Origin: Eledone cirrhosa
Lineage: Eukaryota
DNA length: 64,000 nt
Direction of reading: 5' to 3'
Assembly (NCBI GenBank): GCA_964016885.1
Contig: OZ024741.1
Location: 57,474,001 to 57,538,000, forward strand
Positions 12,401 to 25,300 of this stretch are shown here, piece by piece (positions within the stretch are counted from its first letter, which is position 1; each line of letters begins with the position of its first letter). Made by a program: the position numbers and the translations under genes. The notes beneath the pieces are model-generated. The model was given only the letters and a program-made list of their open reading frames with translations. It was not told the origin of the DNA and made no database searches.

Positions 12401-14591
12401 TCAGTTATTTGTTTATAAAGTATCAGATGCACACATACACACAATTCAGTGTTTCTTACATAAAGAACATTGTGGCATTGTTAGAAACATTTCATCATAA
12501 TAAGTTTAGGAAGTCTGCCAAGAAAGAATTTATATTTTATGCCATTGCATTGAATTTGGCAGCAAACATGACTGAAAAGACAGGAGATAGAGAAGAAAAC
12601 AAACCAAACAAACCCTCACTAAGGACATAACATCAAAACTTATTTATAAAACAAAAAGGCAAGTTAAAGGTGAAAAATTACAACCATTAACTTAGAAGGT
12701 GGAATGAAAACAAAAGTATTATCTAAACTGCTTTGGGAAATATGGTCTGGCTTTGTCAGATGAAAACAGAACAAATTAACTTAGTTATGCCAACTGGTTC
12801 ACATAAAAGGTCACCATCCCCTAAAACTTTGTGACACATGAAACTGGGGAAGGGTTGCATGCTTAAAAAAGGGATGTGGTAACCCTTTTATATAAGAACC
12901 AATTTTTTAATCTTTTTTCTTTTGTTTTGTAATTAAACAATCTCAAGGCTAGGAACTGAAGATAACAAATGCTGTACACAGGAAAGCTGACATAGGTGGT
13001 ACTGACATACAATAGTGAATGGAAATGAGATGAGGAAGGAGCGTTGGATAAAATAATATCAAGAAACTGTAATAAATTGTAAGCATAAAGTAAAGAGAAT
13101 CTAAAGAAAAACATGGAATAATATAATCTAGACTGACAAGAATTTAGAGCCATGGCTAGAAATTAGATTAGGAATATAACAGATTGGAAACAACAATTTT
13201 TTAGATTCATTCCACTCATGGAAAAGTCAATTTAAGAAGACAGAGGGTGACAACAGCACAGTAATATCAGTGGGAATGGTCATGATGTTGGTATTGTTGT
13301 TGTTGTTTGCCTGATTGAGCAGATTTATGATTAAGCCATATCTATATTACCTTCGTTTCCTAGGACACAGTTAATTCAGGACTACATTATTCAATGTCTC
13401 CTTTTTCTAAACCACAGGATGTGATTTAAAAAAGATTTAGCTGATATATCTAGCAGGTCAATGAACCATGTAGAGGGCCCCCTTGTTAGTGATAGTGTTG
13501 TTAGTAGTTACAGAAGTGACAGTCTAGTTGTGATAATGATGCTGGAGGTGATGATAATACTAGTGAATTTAGTGGTGGTGCTGCTGGTGATACTAGTGAA
13601 GTCAGTGGAGATAATACTTATTGAATTCAGATTTGTAGACATACAAAAGGTGTTGTATTTTATATTTACCTCTAGTTGGAATTTCAGGTGGCTACGCATG
13701 GATTCAAAGAGGAGGAAGCAGGTTCTTATTGTGGCAGTGAAGAGAGACAATCTTTCTGACTGGAGCAGCTGAAATGATTCAAAGACAAGGAAAATAATAG
13801 ATAACAGAAAATAATTACAACAAATCATTATTATCAATATATTCTGTTCCTTTTTCATGCAGGCATGGACTAGATAGGTTGTCACAGACCAAGTCATTAC
13901 TTTATCAAATGGACAGGGAGCTTCATCTTGCATACATACATTCTAGTTTTGGTTTGGTTTCAACAGCAGGATGCACTTTCTATCACTAACCACTTTATAG
14001 AGTGTACTTGGTACATTTTACTGTAGCATTGGCATTAGCAAGATTGCCATGTCCTTGGAACAACTATATATATATCATCATTGTTTGACGTCCACTTTCC
14101 ATGCTAGCTTGAGTTAGACGGATTGTCTCATTTGAGGCAAGTGGGATCATGTGACCCTCTTTGGCAATATATATATATATATAGAACAAAATTATAGAAG
14201 ATACACATATATAGGGTATCCATCCTTTAACAGTTTTGTTCGATGAATGAATGAATTAAATAAATAAATAATCAATAAGTCAGTACAGTCAGAACACTGA
14301 ATGCTTTCCATGCTAGGATGAGTTAGATGGGCTCTCATGGTCCAAGACTACATGGGGCCATGAATCACGGCTCACTTACATGTTTCATATTTTGGTAGGA
14401 TTTCTGCAGCTGCTCTTCCTAACATCAACCTCTTCACAGGGTGTACTGGGTGCATTTTATTGTAGCACCAGCACTAAAGAGGTTGTCCATTCAAATGCCA
14501 ATATGGCATATTATTTATTTTCATTTTTTTTTTAAAGTTTTGTTTTCAAGTGAAAGGATAGAAGGGTGGGGGTGGGAGAAAGGAGGATGGG

Positions 14592-14623
<32 letters not shown>

Positions 14624-16334
14624 TAAAATACATGTAAAACTTACAGTAAATAAATTACGACACATTTCATCTTTGACTAAATAGAGCAGAGATTTAAATG
14701 TCCTGATTGAATCAGCCCCAGACTCGAGGGCTACAGTCAGCAGACTGAGTCCCATGTGGATCATAACATCAGTATTGTGTCGGTCCCAATTGTTTATTAA
14801 TGATACAAGGAACCGGAACAACTCCCTAACACAAGGGAGACCATATGGTATTAACGGACTGCTGCCTGCATAAACAATGAAAAAATAAACAAAATAAAAC
14901 AAAAAGCAAAACAAACAAATGTTTTCATTTACAGCAAAATAGAATTGTAAAAGAAGAACAACTGCATGTTTAACCCTTTCATTACCATATTACTAATGAA
15001 AGACACGGCATAAGATTTTTAAATCATTTTGAAAACAAACCAAGAATTTGGAGTAATTTATTAATATATCCAATGAAAGGATTAAATTGCAAATAATAAA
15101 AAGAAAATGTCAGAATGCCAAACATTAACAAGAAAACAATACCTTCTTTTGGATGTTGCTGTGGCATGAATCTGATACCTCTAGGATTGACAAAGTCACT
15201 GCTATTAACTGCAGGAGATGTAGGTGTTGTTGGTGCAGTAAATTCATTGACTGAAGGAATAGAGTCTGCATCATCTCCAGCCTCTGAAGGACAACTCTGC
15301 TCAGAGTTCAGTTCCGTTTCACTCACCGATTTCTACAAATATAAAATACAAGGTTTTTTTGTATTAATACGATATTGAAAAATAGAAAATGAATAAAGGA
15401 TTAAAATAAGAAACAGGTAGAGAAAAAAAGGGGCAATTTTGGCTGGATCGGTATCAAAAGGGTTAACGGATGCCCAAAACTAGTTTCCACAGTGTTAAAT
15501 CTCTCTTGGGATAGTACATTGGTCCATGAAAGACAGTTTTACCTGTAGTACTGAACACAATAAGAGAAAGTAAGAGACGTACATGGACATTTGTCGGTCG
15601 TGAAACATTTAACCGTTCTTGACTTGATGATATGGAATTACTGATTTCTTGTTCTGGTTCTTTCAAATCATCTTTCTCCAAATATATTTCTTCTTCAGTT
15701 TCTAGGGATTTCTCTTCTGATATATTAAACCGTGTGTCAAGGCTTTCTTTGTCAGATGCTTCCTGGATTAAAAAAGGAAAAAAGATGATGGAAGGGCGTT
15801 TAAAAAACACAAAATCCTTACAAATATGAAAATGAAGAGAATCTCTTTCTCTCTCAATGCAAAGCTCAAATTTTAACATATTATTATTACTGAAATACTG
15901 TAAACATTTTATGAAATATTAAAGCATTAAAACAGTATTGCATATTGATATTAACTTTTCTGTGACCATATTTCTAATGAAATACACTGTTTCAATTAAT
16001 TAATGAGGAGTTTTGAGGTATTTACTAAAATTATTACTATTTTAATAACTTAACACAGTTCATATTTTAATTTAAATAGAACCTAATAAAATGAATGGTT
16101 TTGTTATATAGAACTGGAGCAGATTATCATCAGGTTAGTATCAAAGGGTTAAGCTTTTCATCTATTCTTAGATGTTTGTATGAGTGTTTGTGATCTAATT
16201 CTATAATTCCAGTATAGTCCTGATGCTGGTTAATTTTCTTTTTCTTAGAATGACTTTAGCACATTTGTCTAAACCTATCCTCATCAGTAAGTCTTTGCTG
16301 AAGCTATGGACATGTTTTAGGTTTTCTAGTTTGG

Positions 16335-16369
<35 letters not shown>

Positions 16370-19300
16370 GTTTAACGTCCATCTTCCACGCTAGCATGGG
16401 TTGTTATACCTTGTAAAGATTTTTAAGCCATCCATATACAGATTTATATTTTGTTCATAGCATATGTACCCCATGGTGGTTTTATTCATCAAGTTCATTA
16501 GTGGGTCAGAGCATAGTTTTGATGGTCTTTTCTCTATTTTTGCAATGTTATAGTTGCTTTCCATTTTGTCTCATATTTGAACAGTGTTGGGGTTACTTCA
16601 TTTATGACGATTTATTCCATTATTCAGATGTGTGGAATGTTATTGAAAGCCTTCTGGAAGTCAATGCAGGCCATGCTGAGGTTAGTTTTCCTCTTTTCAT
16701 TATTATTATTAATAGTAGTAGTAACAGCAGAAGCAATCAGCAAATCCATGCAATATTAATATAAAATAACAACAATCGCTCCTTTTATTTTCAGTTGTTG
16801 CACTGCTTCCATACTGGAGCAACACCCTCAAGAGTTTTAGTCAATTATATTCACTCTGGTATATTCATTTTTATTTAATAGCTTAATTGATCTTCTGGTA
16901 CAAAGGGATTTAACTTAGATAGGGTTAAATACCATTAGATATTTTACTGTGTGATGCACTGATTTCACACATACACATAGTCCAACTATGTTTTCCATGC
17001 TGGCATGAGTTGGACTATATGGACTATTTATGGATAAGTCATACATCCATTTTACATACACCACACATTATCTAGAATTGAGATTTTGTAGGTTCAGTAG
17101 ATAAGTTACATGCTGGTTTTTCACTGGAATAAATTGCAACTTATACACAGGTATATCTTCATCACCATCATCATTTTATATCTGTTTTTCCATGCTTGCA
17201 TGGGTTGGACATGTCTTTTTCAGCACAGCATCTCTCCACTCGTCATGATCCTTTGTTATCTCTTCCGTGAGCTTCAGCTATTTAAGATCAGCTCTCATCT
17301 CTTTTGCCCAGGTCTTCCTCTACTGAGGCTTCCTTCCACTGGGATTTCTTGGTACAACAACGCAGTTTTTTTCTCCTGCACACTAAATCTGATTCCTCCT
17401 ACACTCAGTTTCTCTCTCAGTTCATTCATGCTTTGTCTTTCATGCTCATTAATATTATATATCCATCGAAGCAAGCTTGCTTTATTTCTCTCTGGCCTTC
17501 ACATATCAACTACATTTACTGCTCATGTCTCACTACCATGTAACATTGCACATCACACACAGACATCATACAACAGACCTTTCATTTGTAGGGATATATT
17601 AAATATTCTTACGTAACACAGCATATATTAGAAAATCTAAGATAAATTTGAGGTTGGCATAACTATCATTTATAAGCATTGCTTACATGTAAAATGATGA
17701 TCATGATGACAGAGTACCTATTTTATAAACAAAGACATACACTAGTATTGTAAACAAAACTGCTTACAGAAACTGAACTATATATCTGTTGTATGTACCA
17801 GACAATAGAGTTACTGATTACACCAAAATGCCCCTGAACAATATAAATATATGGTGTTAGGAAGGGCATTCAACCATAGAAACCATACCAAAATTGGAAT
17901 GTACCGTATATACTCAGGTAAAAGTTGATCCCATGTAAATGTCAACTCTTTTTATGACAGTAGGATGTAGTTTGAGATTAATTTACCTATACTTTTTTTT
18001 ACAATTAAAACAACCATACAAAGGCTCCCTTGGAGGTTTGTTATTTATTGTGTAAAAGTTGTCCCCTATTTTTTCCACGTATCTCTTGTAAAAGTCAACC
18101 CTAGTTTTTTTATGAACATCAGATCAACATTTGTGATTCAAGGTATTATCCTGAACATTAATGTTACAATGAAGAAAATTGTTCTACACTATTTATGTCC
18201 TTATTATATTATGTTTTGATGGTAGGGAATGTGTTTTTGATGTGAAGAAATATCTGTATTATTACTGTAATACATTGTTTGTTTGTTTTAATTCAATTTA
18301 ATTCCATTTGGGACTCTGCTTATTGATACAGTATTTTTGATTGTCGTGTGAATTTCAGCCCTTCAAAAACAATATCCATATGATTGTTGAAACCATAAAA
18401 ATTAACCTTTAAAAAATGGTCTACATTATTCAACTATTCCAGGAGTATATACGGTAACTAAAATGAATATATATATATATAAAAGAAAAATTGTGTTATA
18501 GAAATAAAAATGTTTTTAAATTGTTCATAAGACTGGTTTTTCTCCTCAAAAAAAAACACCATGGAAGCAAGACCAAAAAATAAATTGGGAAGGGGCAAGG
18601 GTGTGTTTTTAGAACGAGCATATCACGAAAAGTATTTATTATTATTATTTGAAATATAGTCATCCCAACGTAAATAACCACATAATAGTTGATCACTATA
18701 ATAAGTAATTGAGAAAATTCAGTAAAGAACCTCTGGAGATGGAAAAAATGAACAGAAGCACTAGTGGGGTTCAATTGCTCACAAGTACTTCTGTTCAATT
18801 TTTTGTCTCCATGGGTACTTTACCCAACTTTCTCGATTATTATTATGGTCATTTGCAGTAGGACGACTACATTTCAAATTTTCCCAATGTTTCCTAAGTC
18901 AACCAGTTGTTATGTTTCGTTTTTGTTTATAAAATTCTCATAGTTACCTCCAGTTCAGAATCTTGCTGTAAGAAAATAAGATATATGAAATTCAAAGGAA
19001 AAGATGAAAGATTTCTTTTAGATTGAATCTGATGAAAGTATTTTTAATCGTCAGTAAGAAAGCTAGTAATATCATATCGAGATGATACGACCTGCCTTTG
19101 GTTCTATGAAACAAAACCACCCATTTAAAAGAGTTCCTTTTTATATTAATATCTTCAACATAATTTGGCATAAGAACTTTTTGAAGAGTTAATAACTATA
19201 TAATCAATAATTTTAGTAAATCCCTCAAAATTATTTATTAATTTATTCAAAAATAGTGTATTGCATTAGAAATATAGTCATGTAAAGGTTAAAGTTAAAA

Positions 19301-22300
19301 TCTGTCCCATGCCCAGAACCATATCAGGCTAGTGATTATCCTGGTTTCTAGTCCACTGTTGCTGCTGGTATTTATTTTCAGCTGAGTGCATTGGAGCAAT
19401 GTGAAATGAAGTGTTTTGCTCAAGAACACTATGTGCCATATTGCGATTGTTAGTTCAACACCCTAACCACTAAGCCAAGCTCCTTCACAATAGAAGTTAT
19501 ATAGCCTATATAACATTTTTCATAGAATTCACAAATGTCTTGATTCAAAAGACAACACTTTGGTGACATATAAAATGAAGGATAATAGCGAAAAGGTTGG
19601 TCTGAGGATTAGTGTTGAGAAAGCAAAACTTTAGAAGATTGGAGATCTTGAGGATGATTCTGATATTTATTTGGAGGGATATCTGTAGAAGTTGTTAAAA
19701 ACTTCATATACTTGGGTAATGTACAATCTCACACAGGTGACCTTGAAAAAGATTTCAAAACCTGACTAGCAAAAGACAGTTCAGTCTTCAATTGACTCCA
19801 CAAAATTTGGGTGTCAAATGTGATGAACCAACAAACAAAGCTCAGACTGTACAACAGTTCTTTCCACTGCTTTATATGCATGTGAAGCTTGGAAATCAAA
19901 CTCAAAAGTTGTTAATCTGTTGGACACCTTCCATATGAGACATAGAATCTTGAAGGTATTATGGAGAGGCTGATCTCAAATTGATGAGACTCACAGAGGA
20001 GATGATGAAGGAACGCAGTGAGTGGAGAGATACTGTGCTGAAAAGGGTTCGTCCAACCCATGCAAGCATGGAAAAACGGACATGATGATGATGAAGCCAT
20101 CAACCCAAGGTGTCACACTGTGAAATCACACCATGTCTGCAAGTCAATATAACCTTTACTATACCACCGTGACCATATTTTCACTAGTGCTTCATATTCA
20201 AACCTTTTCTTAACATATTTCTAATGAAAGACAGCCTATGATTTTTAAATCGTTTTTGAAAATAATCAAGAATTTGGAAGGATTTAGTAATATAATTAAC
20301 TTCTTCATTATTAAGCTGGTGTTTAATACATAACAAAAGTTCTTAGATACAATTATGATGCAAGGTTTTAAAATAAGCAGTTTTGTATCATATAATCAGG
20401 GACAGTTTCTAGTGCGTTGGTATCAAACCGTTTAACAATTATTATCAACTGTCAAGATATGTAATTTATTTGGTTTGTAAGAAAGGAGAGAAAAAACTTC
20501 TAATATCAGTTTCTGGTGATAACTAACAGAAAACAAACTGGATGTTTTATACAAGATGTAATTAATTAACAATTAAAATACCAGATGTTTATCTCTGATT
20601 CCAAGGTGTTGCCTGTTTATATTGTAGATCTAGCAAAAAGAGATTGTGGCAACAAATGTTGCTTGGAGATATGCAAGATACAAATTTTTTGTTTGTTTTT
20701 GTATTTAGAAGTCTTGGCCAGAAACCTTGCAAAAAATGTAAGATAGCAAGACCTCTCTATTCTAGAGCTGTGACAACCCATCCAGCCCATGCCAGCATAG
20801 AAAACAGATGTAAAATAATGATGATAAAATGTTTATGCTAATACTACAATTTTCACAAAAACAAACGGCTTTGTATGATATAACCAGGGGTGGTTTTTAG
20901 GCAGGTTGGTTAAATACATTTTAAAAAAGCACTGAACAATATACCTGAAAGCTGTTGTTGATATCAATGACAGTTTTCTCGTGAGGTAAAGCAGCTGGAG
21001 TGGTGGCTATGATTTCATCAGGTATTGTTTCATTAACAACTTCTGATAACTGGATGGGTTCTGATGGATCACAATCACTGATCTTTCCATCACTTGGTAC
21101 TTTATTCTCCTCTGTACTACTAGTTTCAGTTGTTACTACTGATGATGCTACTGCTGTTGGTGGTTGTGGTACATTGATAATAGAAGTGTTTGTTGCTGCA
21201 GCTGCTGTTGTTGATGATGATGATACTGATGTTCCTATTGAAGCTGGTACAGATGAAGCATTCCCAGTCTTTAGTCCTTCGTTGCTATGCCGTCTGATCT
21301 GTGAGTGCACTGAAGCATGTTGAGAGCTTGTTTTGTCATGTTTCCGCTTGGGTGAACGCTTCTTTTTGCCCATCCGTGACGGTTCAACACTGCCAGTCCT
21401 CATCTTCAGCTGTTAGGGAGGAAAGAACAACAATATTAATACTAAATATAAGCTGTTAGGGATGAAACAATAACAACAAAATCATCAATTAATGTCAATA
21501 ACACTCAGCTGTAGAAACCATGTAAAAAAATAGAATGTATGAGAGAAAGACAAGATTCTCCAACTCATCAAATCTAACAATAGTGATGATAGTGATAATG
21601 AGAGACGGATATGATTAAAGAAACAAATTGTACAGAAAAAAATGGTACTGAAACATTTATTAAAACATATGGGTGATGACTTAAGAGAAGTGTGAAAAAA
21701 TGCCAGTGGAAGAAGAAGCAGTAGAGGAAGATAGGTAGAGTAATGAGAGTAAATCTCAAATTACTGAACCTCACAAAGGAATGCAACAAGTGGAGAGATG
21801 TGCTGGAAAAGACCTGTCCAACTCACGAAATCATGGGAAAATGAATGTAACATGTTGATGATGGTGATTATGGTAATGGTGATGATGAAATGTATAAGAA
21901 GATATTGAAACATTTATCCAAACATAACACATATTATCCTATATTACAGCCTCCCTAGTGATGGTGATCTATACAATAAAAGCAACCAGTACATGTTGAA
22001 AAGAGGTTGGTGCTAGGAAGAGCATCCATCAGTAGAAAGCTTCTCAAACAAGGGGTTCGAAGGACCCTTCAGTTTGTGTCAAAAGACACAATTTCTCCTC
22101 TGCACTCAATATGGCCGTACGTAAACAGGATACAGACCCCACGGCCTGTCTGAGAGATCAGTAGCCCTGCTTCAGTACTGACTTGGTCTATGAAGACCCG
22201 TGCAACCCTTGCAAGCAAGGAAAGCAGACATTAAATGATGATTACTCTAGCCAATGTAGAAAAAATAGTTTGATGCTACAACAAGATATTACCTTCTTCA

Positions 22301-25300
22301 TACTTGCATTCCATTTGGGGTCTTCTTTGAACTGAGGTAGCCGCGTGAACAGAAGTTGTACCATGTCCATTAGAGTATGTTCAGCAGACTTTCTTAATAG
22401 CTCTAAAATGAACATAAATATAAAGTAAAATTAATAATTTCCACGTGTTTTTAAATGGTTAAAATATACATTTAGAAACAAAATGTTCAGTAAATAAACA
22501 TCAATTAAAAAATTACAAAAAAAAAAATAAACAACCCAAAAGACAGAAAACTTAAGAAACATTAAATGCTAAAAATACCTCTAGAGTTGTTGGAATGTTA
22601 AATTGGTGCTATTTAATTAGCCCTTAATATGTCAAGAGAAAAGCTAAGGAAATTAATATGTATCAGGTTACACCTGTGTTGTTTTTATGTTAATATTTCT
22701 GACTCTGAAAGTAGTGAAGGGATCAACTGGTATGGGGGAATATGAGTTTCTTTTATTTCATTTTATTTTCATGTTAACTGTAATCTTGAAATCTATGTTG
22801 GAATGGCATAACATGGAAAACAATATAGCACTGACCCCTCTTTTGAATCACAAAAATGAAGTTAGAGCTGTCTTACAGTGTTGAAGGAGTTTTGTTAAAG
22901 ACAAATATTTCCTAAGTTAATGAAATTCTAGCCATATATAAATCTAACACTTTTGAGACCATATTTTCAGAGAAAAACTCTATATCAATTAATTAATGAA
23001 GAATGTTGAAGGAGCTATTAAGAGTATCAATTATTTCATTAGTAAGATAGTAACTTAGCATATGGTTCATATATAAAATTATTGGAAGATTTCAATTCAA
23101 ATAGGAACCTTTTAAAATAGATGGTTTTGTTTCATAAAAGCAGAGTTGGTTTAGGGCAGGTTTGCATGAAAGAGTTAATATGACTGGGAACTTTGTCGCA
23201 GTCAATGGTACCAGACTCTCCTTACTTTACAGATTACTTTATTTAGTCATAGAAGAGGATAATGAAAAGTGAACAGCGATGACGATGATGATAAATATAT
23301 GAAGATGATGATAATGATGATAAGATAATGATATGATTATGATAAGATAAAGATATGCTGATGATGATGATAAATGCAGATACTTTTAAACAATATAAAT
23401 GTTCTTACCACTTAATCTCATTTCAAAACAGATTCTGAAGCAAGACTGCATGATTTCACAGACAGATTCATTTGTTAGTAGCACACCAGCTGGAGACAGC
23501 AGCAATGTTCGAAGTACCTGTAAATATACATTAAGACAAATACATTGAACATCATCATCATTAATTAGACAAATACATTAAATATCATCCTCAGCAGCAT
23601 TAATTAGATAAATACACTAAACATTTTACAGTCGCTTTTCTATGCTTGCATGGGTGAAATGCAATTATTTGTGCTAGTCCTGCGTTTTGGCAATAGTTTT
23701 CTGGTTGGATGCCCTTTCTACCACCAACCATTTTACAGCATAGACTAGGTGCATCTTATTGTGACACAAACACTAGAGAGGTTGTCAAGGCTTAAGAATC
23801 CTCTTTACCCTGTATCAGTTTTATTTCAGGATAACTTCTCACCTAAATGGGTTGCCTTCATTATGGCTTACACTAAATTTAAAGTAGATATAAGTCATTT
23901 GCTGCCCACCAATAGCATTAAGGAAGGCATAGGATGTGAGTTTGATTCCTGGACCAGGCAGCACGTTGTGTTCTTGAACAAGACACTTCATTTCACATTG
24001 ATTTTCATAATAGGACTAAGGACCCTATATTTAAAACACCTGCCCCCAAAAAACAACCAATGAGAAACAACCTTGTAGGAGGTTAGCTAAACCTGGATAG
24101 GTGTGAGCCGTTAATTTCATTTAAATACATTAGTTCAAAAAAGAATCTCGTCAAAGATTGTCATAAGACCTGCATGTTTCATTCAGTTTCATTTTATCTG
24201 TTATTTTATATAACTAAAGCACCCCTTCCTTGCTCTCTCTCTCTCTCACATATATATATCATCATCATCATTGTTTAACGCCTATCTTCCATGCTAGCAT
24301 GGGTTATATATATATATATACATCATCATCATCATTTAATGTCTGCTTTCCCTGCCAGCAAGGGTTGGATGGGTTTACAGACATATCAGTACTGAAGTGG
24401 GTTAATGACCTCCCAGATAGACCAGTGGGTGTGGATTCTGCTTGCGTATGGTCATATCAAGTACAGAAGAGAAGTTGCCATGTCTTTTGACACAAACTGA
24501 AGGGTCCTCCTAGCCCCTTATTTGACAAGTTTTCAACAGCTGGATGGCCTTCCTAACACCAACCACTTTACAGCATGTACTGAGTGCTTTTATTGTCTAG
24601 ATCACCAGCATTAGGGAGGTTATTGTGTCCTTGACACAACTAAAGGGTCCTCCCAACCCTCTGTTTGGCAAGCTTTCTATGGCTGAATGCCCTTCCATTT
24701 TATCATGGCACAAGCACTATGGAGGTTGTCATGTCCTTGACACAAGTGAAGAGTCCTTACAACCCTTTATTTTGCGTGAATTTTCACAGCTGGAAGACAT
24801 TCTAAATGCCACCCACTTTACAGAGTGTATTGGGAGCATTTCATCGTGGCACCAACACTAGGGAATTTGTCAGGCCCTTATCACAGCTGAAAAATTCTTT
24901 CAAACTTTTATTTGACATGTTTATCATATCTAGATGCCCTTCCTAATGCCAACAAAAACATAGATACAAGTGTTACACTGTTTCATAACAACAAGAAGTA
25001 AAAAAACGTACGTGTAATATTTTCATGAGAACAACTTCATCTGAACTAGGATCTGTGCCAACAAATCGAGCATGGGTGACAGCATCAGCGATATTTTCTA
25101 TAGCAGGGGCTGCTGTTTTACAGGAAGGTTCTAGAATGAGACAATGATTGATTATATATATATAATATAGGTAAATACAATGAACAGTGAGAATAACATT
25201 TTAATTACTATAATCAACCTTTTCTTTACCAATCTGCCTTTCATCCTAAGCTACAATTCTGTTTATTTTAATGTATTTATATTTATATAAAAACATTTCA

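Noticed and set aside
12650-13230. Possible very old LINE 3' remnant on the minus strand
   Set aside because: Too degenerate to support a family call by eye.
15543-15550. Apparent 8-nt microexon or alternative donor (ttcag TACTACAG gtaaaa) just after exon 8
   Set aside because: It would leave a 32-nt intron, and either use breaks the reading frame into exon 9.
24470-24950. Regularly spaced repeats that superficially resemble a CRISPR array
   Set aside because: Eukaryotic intron; the units are degenerate SINE-derived tandem copies without unique spacers, and no cas genes are present.
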